Below the pieces are notes generated by a model. That model saw only the letters and a program-made list of their open reading frames with translations, searched no databases and had not been told where the DNA came from. This document shows positions 39,052-48,394 of a DNA stretch of 56,097 nucleotides, piece after piece; position 1 is the first letter of the stretch, and every line of letters begins with the position of its first letter. The DNA comes from an uncultured Syntrophales bacterium. GTDB lineage: Bacteria > Desulfobacterota > Syntrophia > Syntrophales > JADFWA01. Position numbers and translations under genes: made by a program. Location of the stretch: positions 1-56,097 of the forward strand of contig CAZYTP010000006.1 of NCBI GenBank assembly GCA_964650385.1. The letters are read 5' to 3'.

Positions 39052-39567
39052 TCAAATCCGTCCTGTTTTCTTCATCGTTTCTTTAAAAACGTGATAAAAG
39101 GCTTCATTGTCGGCCACGCCCCGTTTTATAATCGTTTTGAAATCACCTAAGTTTTCCACGTTAACAATAGTGTTGACGCTTTTGTTAAACGCGGCCATGT
39201 TATCCATGGTTCTGAATCTATTACTTACCAGTGCCACAAAAATGTTCCTTCTGATGCCCATCGGAAGGCGCTCAAGATATTTGAGTACATTATTGGCATC
39301 AGGCTCGTCTGTATCAAAATTTTCATTCAGCACAACCATATCATATACATGAAACCTCATTGCCTTGAGCGCGTCTCGTGCAGATACGGTGTCCGTGACT
39401 TGATAGCCCATCTCTTTTAAAATAGATGTCATTTCTGCTTTTATTGAAGGGTCAGATTCGCAGATCAGGGCAGTTTCTGCACCTTCCTCAACGAAGTCAA
39501 ATGGCCGGTCTGAAGGATCGTATGCGTCTGATGCTACCTCATCAACAAGTGTTTTGTTTTCCTCCAT
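39052..39567 (-). CDS. CheY-like pseudo-receiver protein downstream of pilT/pilU
   Basis: TALICESD...GYQV...ALKAMRFHVYDMVVLNENF (Asn at the phospho-Asp position), RRNIFVALVS. Confidence 0.65.
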   Translation of the reverse strand: MEENKTLVDEVASDAYDPSDRPFDFVEEGAETALICESDPSIKAEMTSILKEMGYQVTDTVSARDALKAMRFHVYDMVVLNENFDTDEPDANNVLKYLERLPMGIRRNIFVALVSNRFRTMDNMAAFNKSVNTIVNVENLGDFKTIIKRGVADNEAFYHVFKETMKKTGRI

Positions 39568-39590
39568 GATGTTTTCCTTTTCTTCCTTTA

Positions 39591-39770
39591 GAGTCTGTCA
39601 TGCAGTAAGTATTATATTTATACATCTCATCTTCAGGCCATCTTTAGCCGCTTCTCAATCGCAAAATCCTCGAAATAACCCTGCTATTCCTGTGGTTTTA
39701 CTCAATCGTATCGACTAAACCTGACCCAAATTTGAGCGCCTAATTACAACACTTGCTACATGACAGACTC
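39591..39770. mobile_element. MITE family C, 180 bp, 20-bp TIR, TTA target-site duplication
   Basis: gagtctgtcatgcagtaagt ... acttgctacatgacagactc (18/20 match); TTA at 39588-39590 and 39771-39773. Confidence 0.85.
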
Positions 39771-40946
39771 TTACTGTTTTTTTCCAGAGTTTCCGTAGTC
39801 CATGTCTACTTCAAGTTTATCTATGTCAGTTGTTGTCTCTCCTTTGGCACTCTTTATAGCATCAATGCCACGGCCGACAATACTCTTGTTGGAGGCATAG
39901 GCCTTTGCGGTTTCTTCGGTGATGAGTCCCTTTTCGTATAATTCAACAATATAATCGTCAAAGGTCACCATGCCAAAGGGTTTGCCCGCCTGGATTATTT
40001 CATAGAAGGTTTTCCCTTCCGATTCACCGTGGAGGATCGTGTCCTTAACTCTCAGGTTAGTCCCCATAACTTCAAAAGCAGCAACCCGCCCTCCCCCTTC
40101 CTTGGGGAGGAGTCTCTGGCAGACGATCCATCGTATTGTGTCAGTTAAACGTATGCGAATCTGGTTTTCTTCTTCAGAATTGAACATACCTATTATTCGG
40201 TTGATGGTCTGACCAGCGTCTACTGTGTGAAGAGTGCTCATTACGAGATGCCCGGTCTCTGCGGCACTCAGTGCAATCTCGATCGTTTCCCTGTCACGCA
40301 TTTCACCAACCAGAACTATCTTTGGCGCCTGCCTGAGAGCGGCACGCAGACCGGTAGCAAAACCGTCAAAGTCTGTACCCAGTTCTCTCTGGTTAAATGT
40401 GGCTTTCTTCTGCTGGTGCTGATATTCAACAGGGTCTTCCAAGGTTACAACATGAACAGATTTTTTTTCGTTTATATCATTTAACATTGCAGCAAGTGAT
40501 GTCGATTTCCCGCTACCGGTTGCACCGGTTACCAAAACAATCCCGTTTTTCTCCTCTGCTATCTTGTAAAAGACCTCGGGAAGATTTAGCTCCTCGCAAG
40601 TAGGAATCTTGGTCTCAAGTTTTCGCAGTACGACTGAGTAATTTCCCCGCTGAGAGAATATGTTGACCCTAAAACGGGCCTTGCCGGGAAGTTCATAAGA
40701 AGAATCGCAGGACCCTTCAGCGAAAAGTGTCTCTGTCATACGACGATCCTGATTTATAAGATTCATAGCAAGGATCTCGGTTTGGAAGGGAGAAAGTTCA
40801 GTAATAGGAGGATCCATACTAACACTGGTTAGCTCGCCGGAACTTTCCACCTGTAATGGCTTGCCCACGGTAATATTCAGGTCAGAGACATTCTGATGTG
40901 AATCAAGCATCCTTGCCAAGATATAATCTATTTCCTGTTTTCTCAT
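39771..40946 (-). CDS. pilU: PilT/PilU family retraction ATPase (second paralog)
   Basis: RFRVNIF, TGATGSGKSTSLA, TLEDPVE, NQRE, ALRQAP, GEMRD, AAETGHLV.STLHT. Confidence 0.88.
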   Translation of the reverse strand: MRKQEIDYILARMLDSHQNVSDLNITVGKPLQVESSGELTSVSMDPPITELSPFQTEILAMNLINQDRRMTETLFAEGSCDSSYELPGKARFRVNIFSQRGNYSVVLRKLETKIPTCEELNLPEVFYKIAEEKNGIVLVTGATGSGKSTSLAAMLNDINEKKSVHVVTLEDPVEYQHQQKKATFNQRELGTDFDGFATGLRAALRQAPKIVLVGEMRDRETIEIALSAAETGHLVMSTLHTVDAGQTINRIIGMFNSEEENQIRIRLTDTIRWIVCQRLLPKEGGGRVAAFEVMGTNLRVKDTILHGESEGKTFYEIIQAGKPFGMVTFDDYIVELYEKGLITEETAKAYASNKSIVGRGIDAIKSAKGETTTDIDKLEVDMDYGNSGKKQ

Positions 40947-40972
40947 ATTACTTCCCTCCGACAATAGAATAT

Positions 40973-42055
40973 TTATACCTCTGTAAAATCTGTTGGGGGA
41001 TGTTTTAAAAGAGGGCTGAACTTGGCCTTGTCGTTACACTTATTGTATGCATCGTTAACGCTTACCCAACCCCGATTGACAAGTTCCATAATCGAGTCAT
41101 CCAATAACTGCATTCCAAACTTCTTCCCGGTCTGTATCATTGATGGAATCTGAAAAGTCTTCCCTTCCCGGATCAGGTTACGAACTGCCGGATTAGCAAT
41201 CAATATTTCAAGAGCAGCACAGCGCCCCTCTTTATCAATGCGCTTAAACAGGGTTTGTGATAATACCGCCCGGAGGCCATCGGCCAGTGTGGATTGGATT
41301 TGTGCCTGCTCGTTCGCAGGAAAAACCTCGATAACCCGATCAACTGTCTTGGCCGCACTCGATGTATGAAGGGTCCCGAAGACAAGATGACCGGTTGATG
41401 CGGCTTCTATTGCAAGTGATATTGTTTCAAGGTCCCGCATCTCTCCCACCAGAATAATGTCAGGATCTTCCCGCAAAGCACCTCGAAGTGCTGCAGCAAA
41501 ACTTTTAGTATGGAGACCAACCTCCCGGTGGTTTACTATACAACCCTGGCTCTCATGAACAAATTCGATAGGATCCTCAACGGTGATAATATGATCCTTA
41601 CGGGTACGGTTTGCTTCATCAATTATGGCTGCAAGGGTCGTCGATTTACCGCTTCCCGTTGGTCCGGTTACCAGAACGAGTCCCCGGGGCAGAGATGCCA
41701 GCTTGGCAACAATAAGTGGAAGTCCCAATTGTTCAATGGTTAATATCTTACTGGGGATTTCTCTGAAAACTGCTGCAACACCATTCTGCTGCTGGAAAAA
41801 ATTAGCCCGGTACCTGGCAAGCCCCGGGATTTCATATGCAAAGTCCATATCCCCCGTTTCTTCGAACTGCTTGATTTTATGTTCAGGCGCTATCTCATAA
41901 AGCATGCCTTTCAGATCATCATTCTCAAGTACATTATACTTTACTCGTTCCATCTCGCCTCTTATCCTTATAATCGGCTGCTGTCCGGCAACGAGATGAA
42001 GGTCTGATGCGCCCTGTTCGTGCATTAAATTAAAAAAAGCGTCTATTTTTGCCAT
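40973..42055 (-). CDS. pilT: Twitching motility retraction ATPase PilT
   Basis: GASDLH, TGPTGSGKSTTLAA, EDPIE, ALREDPD, TGHLVFGTLHT, AVRNLIRE, GMQ. Confidence 0.95.
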   Translation of the reverse strand: MAKIDAFFNLMHEQGASDLHLVAGQQPIIRIRGEMERVKYNVLENDDLKGMLYEIAPEHKIKQFEETGDMDFAYEIPGLARYRANFFQQQNGVAAVFREIPSKILTIEQLGLPLIVAKLASLPRGLVLVTGPTGSGKSTTLAAIIDEANRTRKDHIITVEDPIEFVHESQGCIVNHREVGLHTKSFAAALRGALREDPDIILVGEMRDLETISLAIEAASTGHLVFGTLHTSSAAKTVDRVIEVFPANEQAQIQSTLADGLRAVLSQTLFKRIDKEGRCAALEILIANPAVRNLIREGKTFQIPSMIQTGKKFGMQLLDDSIMELVNRGWVSVNDAYNKCNDKAKFSPLLKHPPTDFTEV

Positions 42056-42140
42056 AGTATTACCCCTTCAATTATAAGTGATAATAACTCTATTCAAAGC
42101 AACTGTTCAGCACTTCAATGCCCGCTATACTATAAAATTC

Positions 42141-42169
42141 TTGACACAAATGCAATAAGCAAATAGAAT
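42141..42169 (+). promoter_or_regulatory. Sigma70 promoter for tRNA-Ala
   Basis: TTGACA-17 nt-TAGAAT, 25 nt upstream of the tRNA. Confidence 0.7.
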
Positions 42170-42194
42170 ACTTCCGCTATCAGATAAACGGGTT

Positions 42195-42270
42195 GGGGAT
42201 GTAGCTCAGTTGGGAGAGCGCGGCGTTCGCAATGCCGAGGTCAGGGGTTCGACCCCCCTCATCTCCACCA
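42195..42270 (+). tRNA. tRNA-Ala(CGC)
   Basis: GGGGATG/CATCTCC acceptor stem with G3:U70, anticodon loop ttCGCaa, TTCGACC T-loop, ACCA end; 76 nt. Confidence 0.97.
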
Positions 42271-42328
42271 GAAGATACTTACCGAAACCATGCAAAACGA
42301 TACAAGTTTCGGCATCGATATGAAGGTT

Positions 42329-42370
42329 AGACCTTTGAAAAACTGAAAAATATGGTTTTTCAAAGCTTTC
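42329..42370. mobile_element. Internally deleted MITE family A (both ends fused, 42 bp)
   Basis: agacctttgaaaaactgaaaaatatggtttttcaaagctttc = left 30 nt plus right end of the 21895-22092 element. Confidence 0.8.
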
Positions 42371-42391
42371 AAGATATGAAAGGAGAGTAAA

Positions 42392-42784
42392 ATGGATATT
42401 GTCGTAGGATTCGATGGGTCAAGTCCGGCGATGAAGGCATTGAGTCTGGCCAGGACACATGCGAAAGCCTTTGACGCTAAAATTCACCTGGTTACTTCCC
42501 TGAAAGGGGGTCCAGGGGAGAGTCAGGGAGATATAGATAAGGCCAAAAGTGCCCTGGAATCTGCGAAAAAGCTTGTTGAAGACGATGGAATTTCCTGTGA
42601 GGAGCACCTGTTGATTCGTGGCATGGATCCCGGGGAAGATCTCGTTGAATTTGCCGAAGAAAAGGGAGCCAATGCAATATTTATTGGAGTTTTAAGAACA
42701 TCCAAAGTAGCAAAACTACTTTTAGGTTCTAATGCACAGTATGTAATATTACAAGCTACATGCCCGGTTATTACGGTCAAGTAG
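42392..42784 (+). CDS. Universal stress protein (UspA family)
   Basis: IVVGFDGS...A, PGEDLVEFA, LLLGSNAQYVILQATCPVITVK. Confidence 0.92.
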   Translation: MDIVVGFDGSSPAMKALSLARTHAKAFDAKIHLVTSLKGGPGESQGDIDKAKSALESAKKLVEDDGISCEEHLLIRGMDPGEDLVEFAEEKGANAIFIGVLRTSKVAKLLLGSNAQYVILQATCPVITVK

Positions 42785-43328
42785 GTACACTAACGACTTA
42801 AAGGAATACAGCGAGACTCACTCTTTTTTGTGCAACCTTAGTCATTGGGAAGATGTCGGGGCCGGAGTTATCAGATATTGAGCAATTCCAGCCCTGAGTA
42901 TTCATAACCCTAACACCATACAAGGTCTGATCATAATCTTTATTCTGTTTATTATGGAGCTTTTCGAATGTTACTGTTTTGAAGTGACGCAGGGTTAGAT
43001 GATCGTGTAATATATCAACACGTCTTTCCAATATTTTGTGAGGGCATAGACCATCAGCTTTATCTTGTTGACCTTGTTCGAATCGACTTCCCCAACTCAG
43101 GTTTCAGAGAACACTTCTCTCTAATAGCCTTTTTCTCCTTCTCATCAAACCTGTTTTGGCGCTCGCATCAAAGCTGATCTTTTTTCTTGTTTATCAGCTT
43201 GATACTATGGAAATGATCAAAAACAATTGTCACTTGACAAACATTAGATCTTTGTTAAAAACAGCCAATAGATGTTCAGACCGTAAGTAAAACATAAAAC
43301 AGAGGTTCCTATAAGAAGGGTAATATAG

Positions 43329-45284
43329 ATGGCTCCAGATAGTAATATAGATATAAGTAAAGAGTATCGACCGGATCTCTTGTCTCTCAGGTCCCAGCTA
43401 TACCATAAGAGAATAGAAAAGTTTGCCAAGTTATGTCCGCGGAAGTTTGTAAGTGAAGATAAAATATTCAGCCATATTAATCGAGGTAATCGAATATTTA
43501 TCGGTACCGGCTGTGGAAAACCCCAATACCTTGTTAATGCCCTCACAGATTATGTGGAATCCCATCCAAAAGCCTTTTTCGATGCTGAAGTTCTCCATGT
43601 ATGGTCGCTCGGTGTTTCTCCATATATGGCTGAAAAATTCAAGCGGAATTTTCGGCATAATTTTTTCTTCGTTTCTGACCTTACCAGGGAACCTGTCAAT
43701 AAAGGGATGTCCGATTATACGCCGATATTTCTGTCTCAAATTCCGGACTTGATACTCAGCGGAGCGCTGCCGATTGATATTGCCTTGATCCAAACATCTT
43801 ACCTGGATAATCATGGTTATATGAGTCTCGGTGTCAGTGTTGATATTGTTAAGGCGGCGACGGAAAAAGCTTCAATAGTGGTAGCTCAGATTAATCCTAA
43901 TATGCCCCGGGTACATGGTGATGGTTTTATACACATAAATGATGTTGACTTTATTGTTGTTCATGATGAACCTCTTCTCAAATACGAAGTGGAAGATACC
44001 GATATTGAGGCGACGAAACAGATTGGCAAGCATGTATCACGACTGATTAAGGACGGAGATACAATTCAAGTGGGGTATGGAACCATTCCTAATGCAATCT
44101 TGTCTAACCTTGATAGAAAAAGACATCTTGGTGTTCATACGGAACTTCTTAGTCAGGGTATAGTGGATTTGATGGAAAAAGGGGTTATAGATAATTCAAA
44201 AAAGAGTATTAATCGTGGAAAGACAATCGCGACATTCTGTATGGGGGGGACAGAAACTTACGAATATTTACATGACAATCCCATGATCGAGCTTAGAACA
44301 ATCGACTACACAAACGATCCCTTGATTATAGCTCAGCATGACAATATGGTGGCCATCAATACAGCCCTGGAGATAGATTTTACCGGCCAGGCAAGTGCGG
44401 AATCCCTGGGAAAGGTCTTCTATAGTGGGATAGGGGGACAGGCTGATTTCATGAGGGGCGCGGTGATGGCACGAAATGGGCGGACAATACTCGCCATTCA
44501 ATCAACTGCACAAAATGGGGAAATTTCAAGGATATCACCTTTTCTTAAAGAGGGGGCGGGGGTAACTCTCAACAGAGGTGACATTCATTATGTCGTGACT
44601 GAATACGGGATAGCATATCTGCACGGGAAAAACATAAGAGAAAGGGCAATGGAATTGATCGCCATAGCTCATCCGAAATTCAGATCCTCGCTGATAAAGG
44701 AAGCAAAGGAAGCAAACATTATTTTTAAAGATCAGGCGTTTATCCCTGGAAAGAGGGGGGAATATCCAGAAAGTCTGGAAACGTATAAGACGACAAAAAC
44801 GGGATTTGATATCTTTTTAAGACCGGTAAAGATCAGTGATGAACCCCTGTTAAAAGATTTCTTCTATGCCCTGTCAGATAGAAGTCTCTACAGAAGGTTT
44901 ATTTCGAGACGGAAAGATATGCCGCACGAACTCCTTCAGGATTTTGTGGTCATTGATTATACGAAGGATATGGTGATTCTTGCTGTCTCAAAAGAGGAAG
45001 AGAGAGAGAGAATTCTGGGAGTTGGTCAGTATGGAATAGATGAAGCAACGCATACCGCTGAAGTGGCATTGGTGGTAAGAGATGATTGTCAGAACAGGGG
45101 GATAGCAACAGAGATACTTTCCTATCTTACATTTCTGGCAAAGAAACAGGGACTTCACGGTTTTATGGCAGACGTACTGGTGGAAAATAACATAATGCGA
45201 CATGTCTTTGAAAAAATGGACTTTGCGATTGAAAGAAGAATCAGTGCCGGTGTTTACGAGCTCAGGCTCAATTTTATAGAGTAG
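43329..45284 (+). CDS. Acetyl-CoA hydrolase/CoA-transferase fused to a C-terminal GNAT domain
   Basis: DYTPIFLS, SLGVSVD, NPNMPR, GVHTE (catalytic Glu), SGIGGQADF, VVTEYG; GNAT part SLYRRF, AEVALVVRDDCQNRGIA. Confidence 0.9.
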   Translation: MAPDSNIDISKEYRPDLLSLRSQLYHKRIEKFAKLCPRKFVSEDKIFSHINRGNRIFIGTGCGKPQYLVNALTDYVESHPKAFFDAEVLHVWSLGVSPYMAEKFKRNFRHNFFFVSDLTREPVNKGMSDYTPIFLSQIPDLILSGALPIDIALIQTSYLDNHGYMSLGVSVDIVKAATEKASIVVAQINPNMPRVHGDGFIHINDVDFIVVHDEPLLKYEVEDTDIEATKQIGKHVSRLIKDGDTIQVGYGTIPNAILSNLDRKRHLGVHTELLSQGIVDLMEKGVIDNSKKSINRGKTIATFCMGGTETYEYLHDNPMIELRTIDYTNDPLIIAQHDNMVAINTALEIDFTGQASAESLGKVFYSGIGGQADFMRGAVMARNGRTILAIQSTAQNGEISRISPFLKEGAGVTLNRGDIHYVVTEYGIAYLHGKNIRERAMELIAIAHPKFRSSLIKEAKEANIIFKDQAFIPGKRGEYPESLETYKTTKTGFDIFLRPVKISDEPLLKDFFYALSDRSLYRRFISRRKDMPHELLQDFVVIDYTKDMVILAVSKEEERERILGVGQYGIDEATHTAEVALVVRDDCQNRGIATEILSYLTFLAKKQGLHGFMADVLVENNIMRHVFEKMDFAIERRISAGVYELRLNFIE

Positions 45285-45437
45285 TACGATATGATAGACG
45301 AAGCACCCCGTCCCCAGGGGGTAGCCGCGTGGAGCTCTTTCGGCCAATTGTTACGATATAAAAATATAAAAATTAATCCACTGGCAGTGGATACAATAAT
45401 AATACTAATTATAAATGATTAGAGAGGTGACATACAA

Positions 45438-46469
45438 ATGGATAAGTTGGTTGTAGCATCAACACGCAGAAACTCCGGAAAAACCAGTATCACTGTCGGA
45501 TTAGCTAAAACGCTGGGGAAAAATTTTGCATACTTAAAACCTTTTGGTGACAGGCTGTATTATCGAAAAAAACGGCTTTGGGATCATGATTCTTCCTTAA
45601 TGACGCATATCTTCGGTTTGAAAGAAAATCCCGAAGATATGAGCATAGGTTTTGAGCACTCCAGGATCAGGTATATGTATGATGAGGAAACGATAAAGCA
45701 AAAACTTTCTGAAATGATTTCCGAAGTGCAAAGTGGCAAGGATTTGCTGTTTATCGAAGGTGCGGAAAGTTTAAGGTATGGTGCATCTGTATATCTTGAT
45801 CCTATTTCCATGGCAAAATATACAAATGCTAAACTGCTTATCGTCGTTAGTGGAGATGAAAGGACCGTTATGGACGACCTTTCTTTTTTGAAAAAGTATG
45901 TGGACATGACGGATGTAGATTTCAGGGGGGTAATTATAAACAAGGTTAAGGATATTGATTATTTCAAAGACACATATCTTAACAGCCTTCACGAGATGGA
46001 GATTAATATAATAGGGATTATTCCTCATAGGCATCAGCTTGCATACTTCTCAGTAAATACCCTTATCGATCGTCTGTTTACCAAGGTTGTTGCCGGCGAA
46101 GAGGGATTGGATAATATTGTAAGAAATATCTTTGCAGGGGCTATGAGTGCCGATGCTGCGCTGCAAGATCCTCTTTTTCAAAAAGAGGACAAAGTTGTTA
46201 TTACCAGTGGCTACCGGACTGACATGGTCATTACAGCTATGGAAAGCAGTACTGCATGTATCGTTTTTACAAACAATATTCTGCCTGCTACAAGTGTAAT
46301 CTCAAAGGCCAATGAATTAAATATTCCGCTCCTGCTTGTATCCGAAGATATGTATCAAATAGCAAAACAGATAGAAAGAATAGAACCTGTATTAACAAAA
46401 GATGACACCGAAAAAATAGATTTGGTGGAACAACTGGTTAAGAATTATGTAGACATAGAAAAAATGTGA
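45438..46469 (+). CDS. Phosphotransacetylase N-terminal-like protein (AAA_26/BioD-like P-loop plus DRTGG), no PTA catalytic domain
   Basis: STRRNSGKT, YLKPFG, FIEGA, GVIINKV, AGAMS, ITSGYRTD. Confidence 0.8.
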   Translation: MDKLVVASTRRNSGKTSITVGLAKTLGKNFAYLKPFGDRLYYRKKRLWDHDSSLMTHIFGLKENPEDMSIGFEHSRIRYMYDEETIKQKLSEMISEVQSGKDLLFIEGAESLRYGASVYLDPISMAKYTNAKLLIVVSGDERTVMDDLSFLKKYVDMTDVDFRGVIINKVKDIDYFKDTYLNSLHEMEINIIGIIPHRHQLAYFSVNTLIDRLFTKVVAGEEGLDNIVRNIFAGAMSADAALQDPLFQKEDKVVITSGYRTDMVITAMESSTACIVFTNNILPATSVISKANELNIPLLLVSEDMYQIAKQIERIEPVLTKDDTEKIDLVEQLVKNYVDIEKM

Positions 46470-46512
46470 TTTCATAAAGTATAGAAAATATTTTATAAAT
46501 AATCTGCTTTCC

Positions 46513-46590
46513 AGACCTTATTTATAAGGAAACCGAAGTCCTCTATAACTTCAGTTTCCTTAATGATTTCACTTATAAGAATAGGGGTCT
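46513..46590. repeat. Palindromic intergenic element
   Basis: agaccttatt...aataggggtct ends; internal aaggaaaccgaagt/acttcagtttcctt. Confidence 0.5.
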
Positions 46591-46620
46591 AATTAGAACT
46601 AACAATATGTAAAGATAGCT

Positions 46621-47415
46621 ATGACGACCCTTAAACCCACCAGACAACAACTTACATCATGGTCAAAACTGAATATGGCAAAGTATCGTCATGAGGGGGG
46701 ACTTTTTCTGGGAGAGGGCATCAAGGTTGTGCAGGAATTGTTGAAAAGCACATACGATACGACGGCGTTGCTCACACTGGAAGAAAAGAAGAAACATCTG
46801 GAGTCCTTTTTATCAACGCTGCCGGGTCATATTAAGATTTATACCCTGAAAAAAAGTGAATGGAAAAGATTGAGTCAGGACAGCGAATCGGAAGGAATTA
46901 TGGCACTTGTCAAGATGCCTCATTCCGAAAATTTTCCCCCGGCTCTGGAGAAGGGGGACAATCATCTTTTACTGCTTTATGAAGTAAACAATCCAAATAA
47001 TCTTGGTGCCGTTATGCGTACGGCCCACTGGTTTGGCATCAAAACCATCATTCTTAGCACCAATTCGGCAGATTTTACCAATCCAAAAGTCGTTCGAAGT
47101 TCCATGGGAAGTCTGTTTCATCTGACAATTATCCCCGAAGTAGATTTCGATAAGGTCTTGCCGGAATTAAAAAAACATTATTTTTTAGTTGGCAGTACCG
47201 CACAAAACGGAGTTACACCACACAGCTGTACATATAAAACGGCACTTCTGCTTGGCAGTGAAAGTCACGGGCTGCCGGAAAAATTGACAAGTTTAGCTGC
47301 TGAGCAATGGTATATTCCCGGTACCGGTGGTGCGGAATCACTCAGCCTTGCACATGCGGCAGCAATTATGATGTATAAAATGACAGAGAGTGAAGCTCTC
47401 CCCTCACAGGGCTGA
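46621..47415 (+). CDS. TrmH/SpoU family RNA methyltransferase
   Basis: FLGEG, NPNNLGAVMRTA, NPKVVRSSMGS, LGSESHGL, ESLSLA. Confidence 0.9.
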   Translation: MTTLKPTRQQLTSWSKLNMAKYRHEGGLFLGEGIKVVQELLKSTYDTTALLTLEEKKKHLESFLSTLPGHIKIYTLKKSEWKRLSQDSESEGIMALVKMPHSENFPPALEKGDNHLLLLYEVNNPNNLGAVMRTAHWFGIKTIILSTNSADFTNPKVVRSSMGSLFHLTIIPEVDFDKVLPELKKHYFLVGSTAQNGVTPHSCTYKTALLLGSESHGLPEKLTSLAAEQWYIPGTGGAESLSLAHAAAIMMYKMTESEALPSQG

Positions 47416-47498
47416 GCTTCCCGGTAAGGAAATATGTTTGTTTTATATTGCGCCCCTTACCCCGCCTACAAGGCGGGGCTTGCGGGTGCGCTCCCGGT
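47390..47498 (+). repeat. Palindromic dispersed repeat / MITE family B (long copy)
   Basis: Matches the reverse complement of 18736-18820, with an extra hairpin ccccgcct-aca-aggcgggg. Confidence 0.8.
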
Positions 47499-47527
47499 GG
47501 AACGTAATTCCAGCGAGGTGACCCGTG

Positions 47528-47851
47528 ATGGAAGAATATATCCAGATCACTATGACTACTGAAAAAAAGAAGGATGCCGAAAGTATAGCCGGTGTCCTGG
47601 TTGAGAAGAGACTGGCCGGATGCGTCCAGATAATTGGACCCATAACGAGTACCTATCACTGGAAAGGCAATATAGAAACATCCGAAGAGTGGCTATGTCT
47701 TATCAAGAGCAGGAAAGATCTATATGTGGAACTTGAAAAAGAAATCAAAGAAATGCATCCGTATGAGACACCGGAAATTATAGCTACACCTGTTGTTGGC
47801 GGCAGTAAAGACTATCTTAAATGGCTCAGTGATGAACTTAAAAAGGAATAG
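47528..47851 (+). CDS. cutA: Divalent-cation tolerance protein CutA
   Basis: LVEKRLAGCVQI, STYHWKG, HPYETPEII, YLKWL. Confidence 0.93.
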   Translation: MEEYIQITMTTEKKKDAESIAGVLVEKRLAGCVQIIGPITSTYHWKGNIETSEEWLCLIKSRKDLYVELEKEIKEMHPYETPEIIATPVVGGSKDYLKWLSDELKKE

Positions 47852-47909
47852 ATGTTTTTAGGGATCGTTAAACAACCTTTTAACAAACTATCAAATTCAG
47901 GAGGCAAAC

Positions 47910-48392
47910 ATGCAGGTTTTAGTAATGTACCATTCAAGAACAGGGAATACTGAAAAAATGGCTAAAGAAATAGCAAAAGGTGTACAGGGAGTTGAGGGTG
48001 TAAAATGTGTGTTGAAGCCGGTATCTGAAGTTACAGAAGACGATTTTTTATCTTCTGATGGTATTATCGCCGGCTCACCTGTATACTTCGGGGTGATGGC
48101 CGCTGAGATGAAAGAGGTTTTTGATAAGTTTGTCGGCACCCGAAACAAAATGGAAAACAAGGTAGGCGCCGCTTTCGCGACCTGTTTTGACCCGTCGGGG
48201 GGTAAAGAAACAACGCTGATCTCCATCATACAGGTCATGCTGATATATGGAATGATCGTTGTCGGAGATCCTCTGGACGCAACCGGCCACTACGGTGTAT
48301 CGTGTACCGGAGCACCGGATGAACAAACTGCTTTGAATGCCGCAAAACAGGGTAAAAGAGTTGCGCTGCTGGTAAAAAAATTAAGAGGCTAA
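47910..48392 (+). CDS. Flavodoxin / WrbA-like NAD(P)H-dependent oxidoreductase
   Basis: YHSRTGNTEKMA, GSPVYFG, KVGAAFAT, GGKETT, HYG. Confidence 0.88.
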   Translation: MQVLVMYHSRTGNTEKMAKEIAKGVQGVEGVKCVLKPVSEVTEDDFLSSDGIIAGSPVYFGVMAAEMKEVFDKFVGTRNKMENKVGAAFATCFDPSGGKETTLISIIQVMLIYGMIVVGDPLDATGHYGVSCTGAPDEQTALNAAKQGKRVALLVKKLRG

Positions 48393-48394
48393 AA

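Noticed and set aside
45300-45347. gaagcaccccgtccccaggggg... resembling a family-B remnant
   Set aside because: Too short and degenerate to assign by eye.
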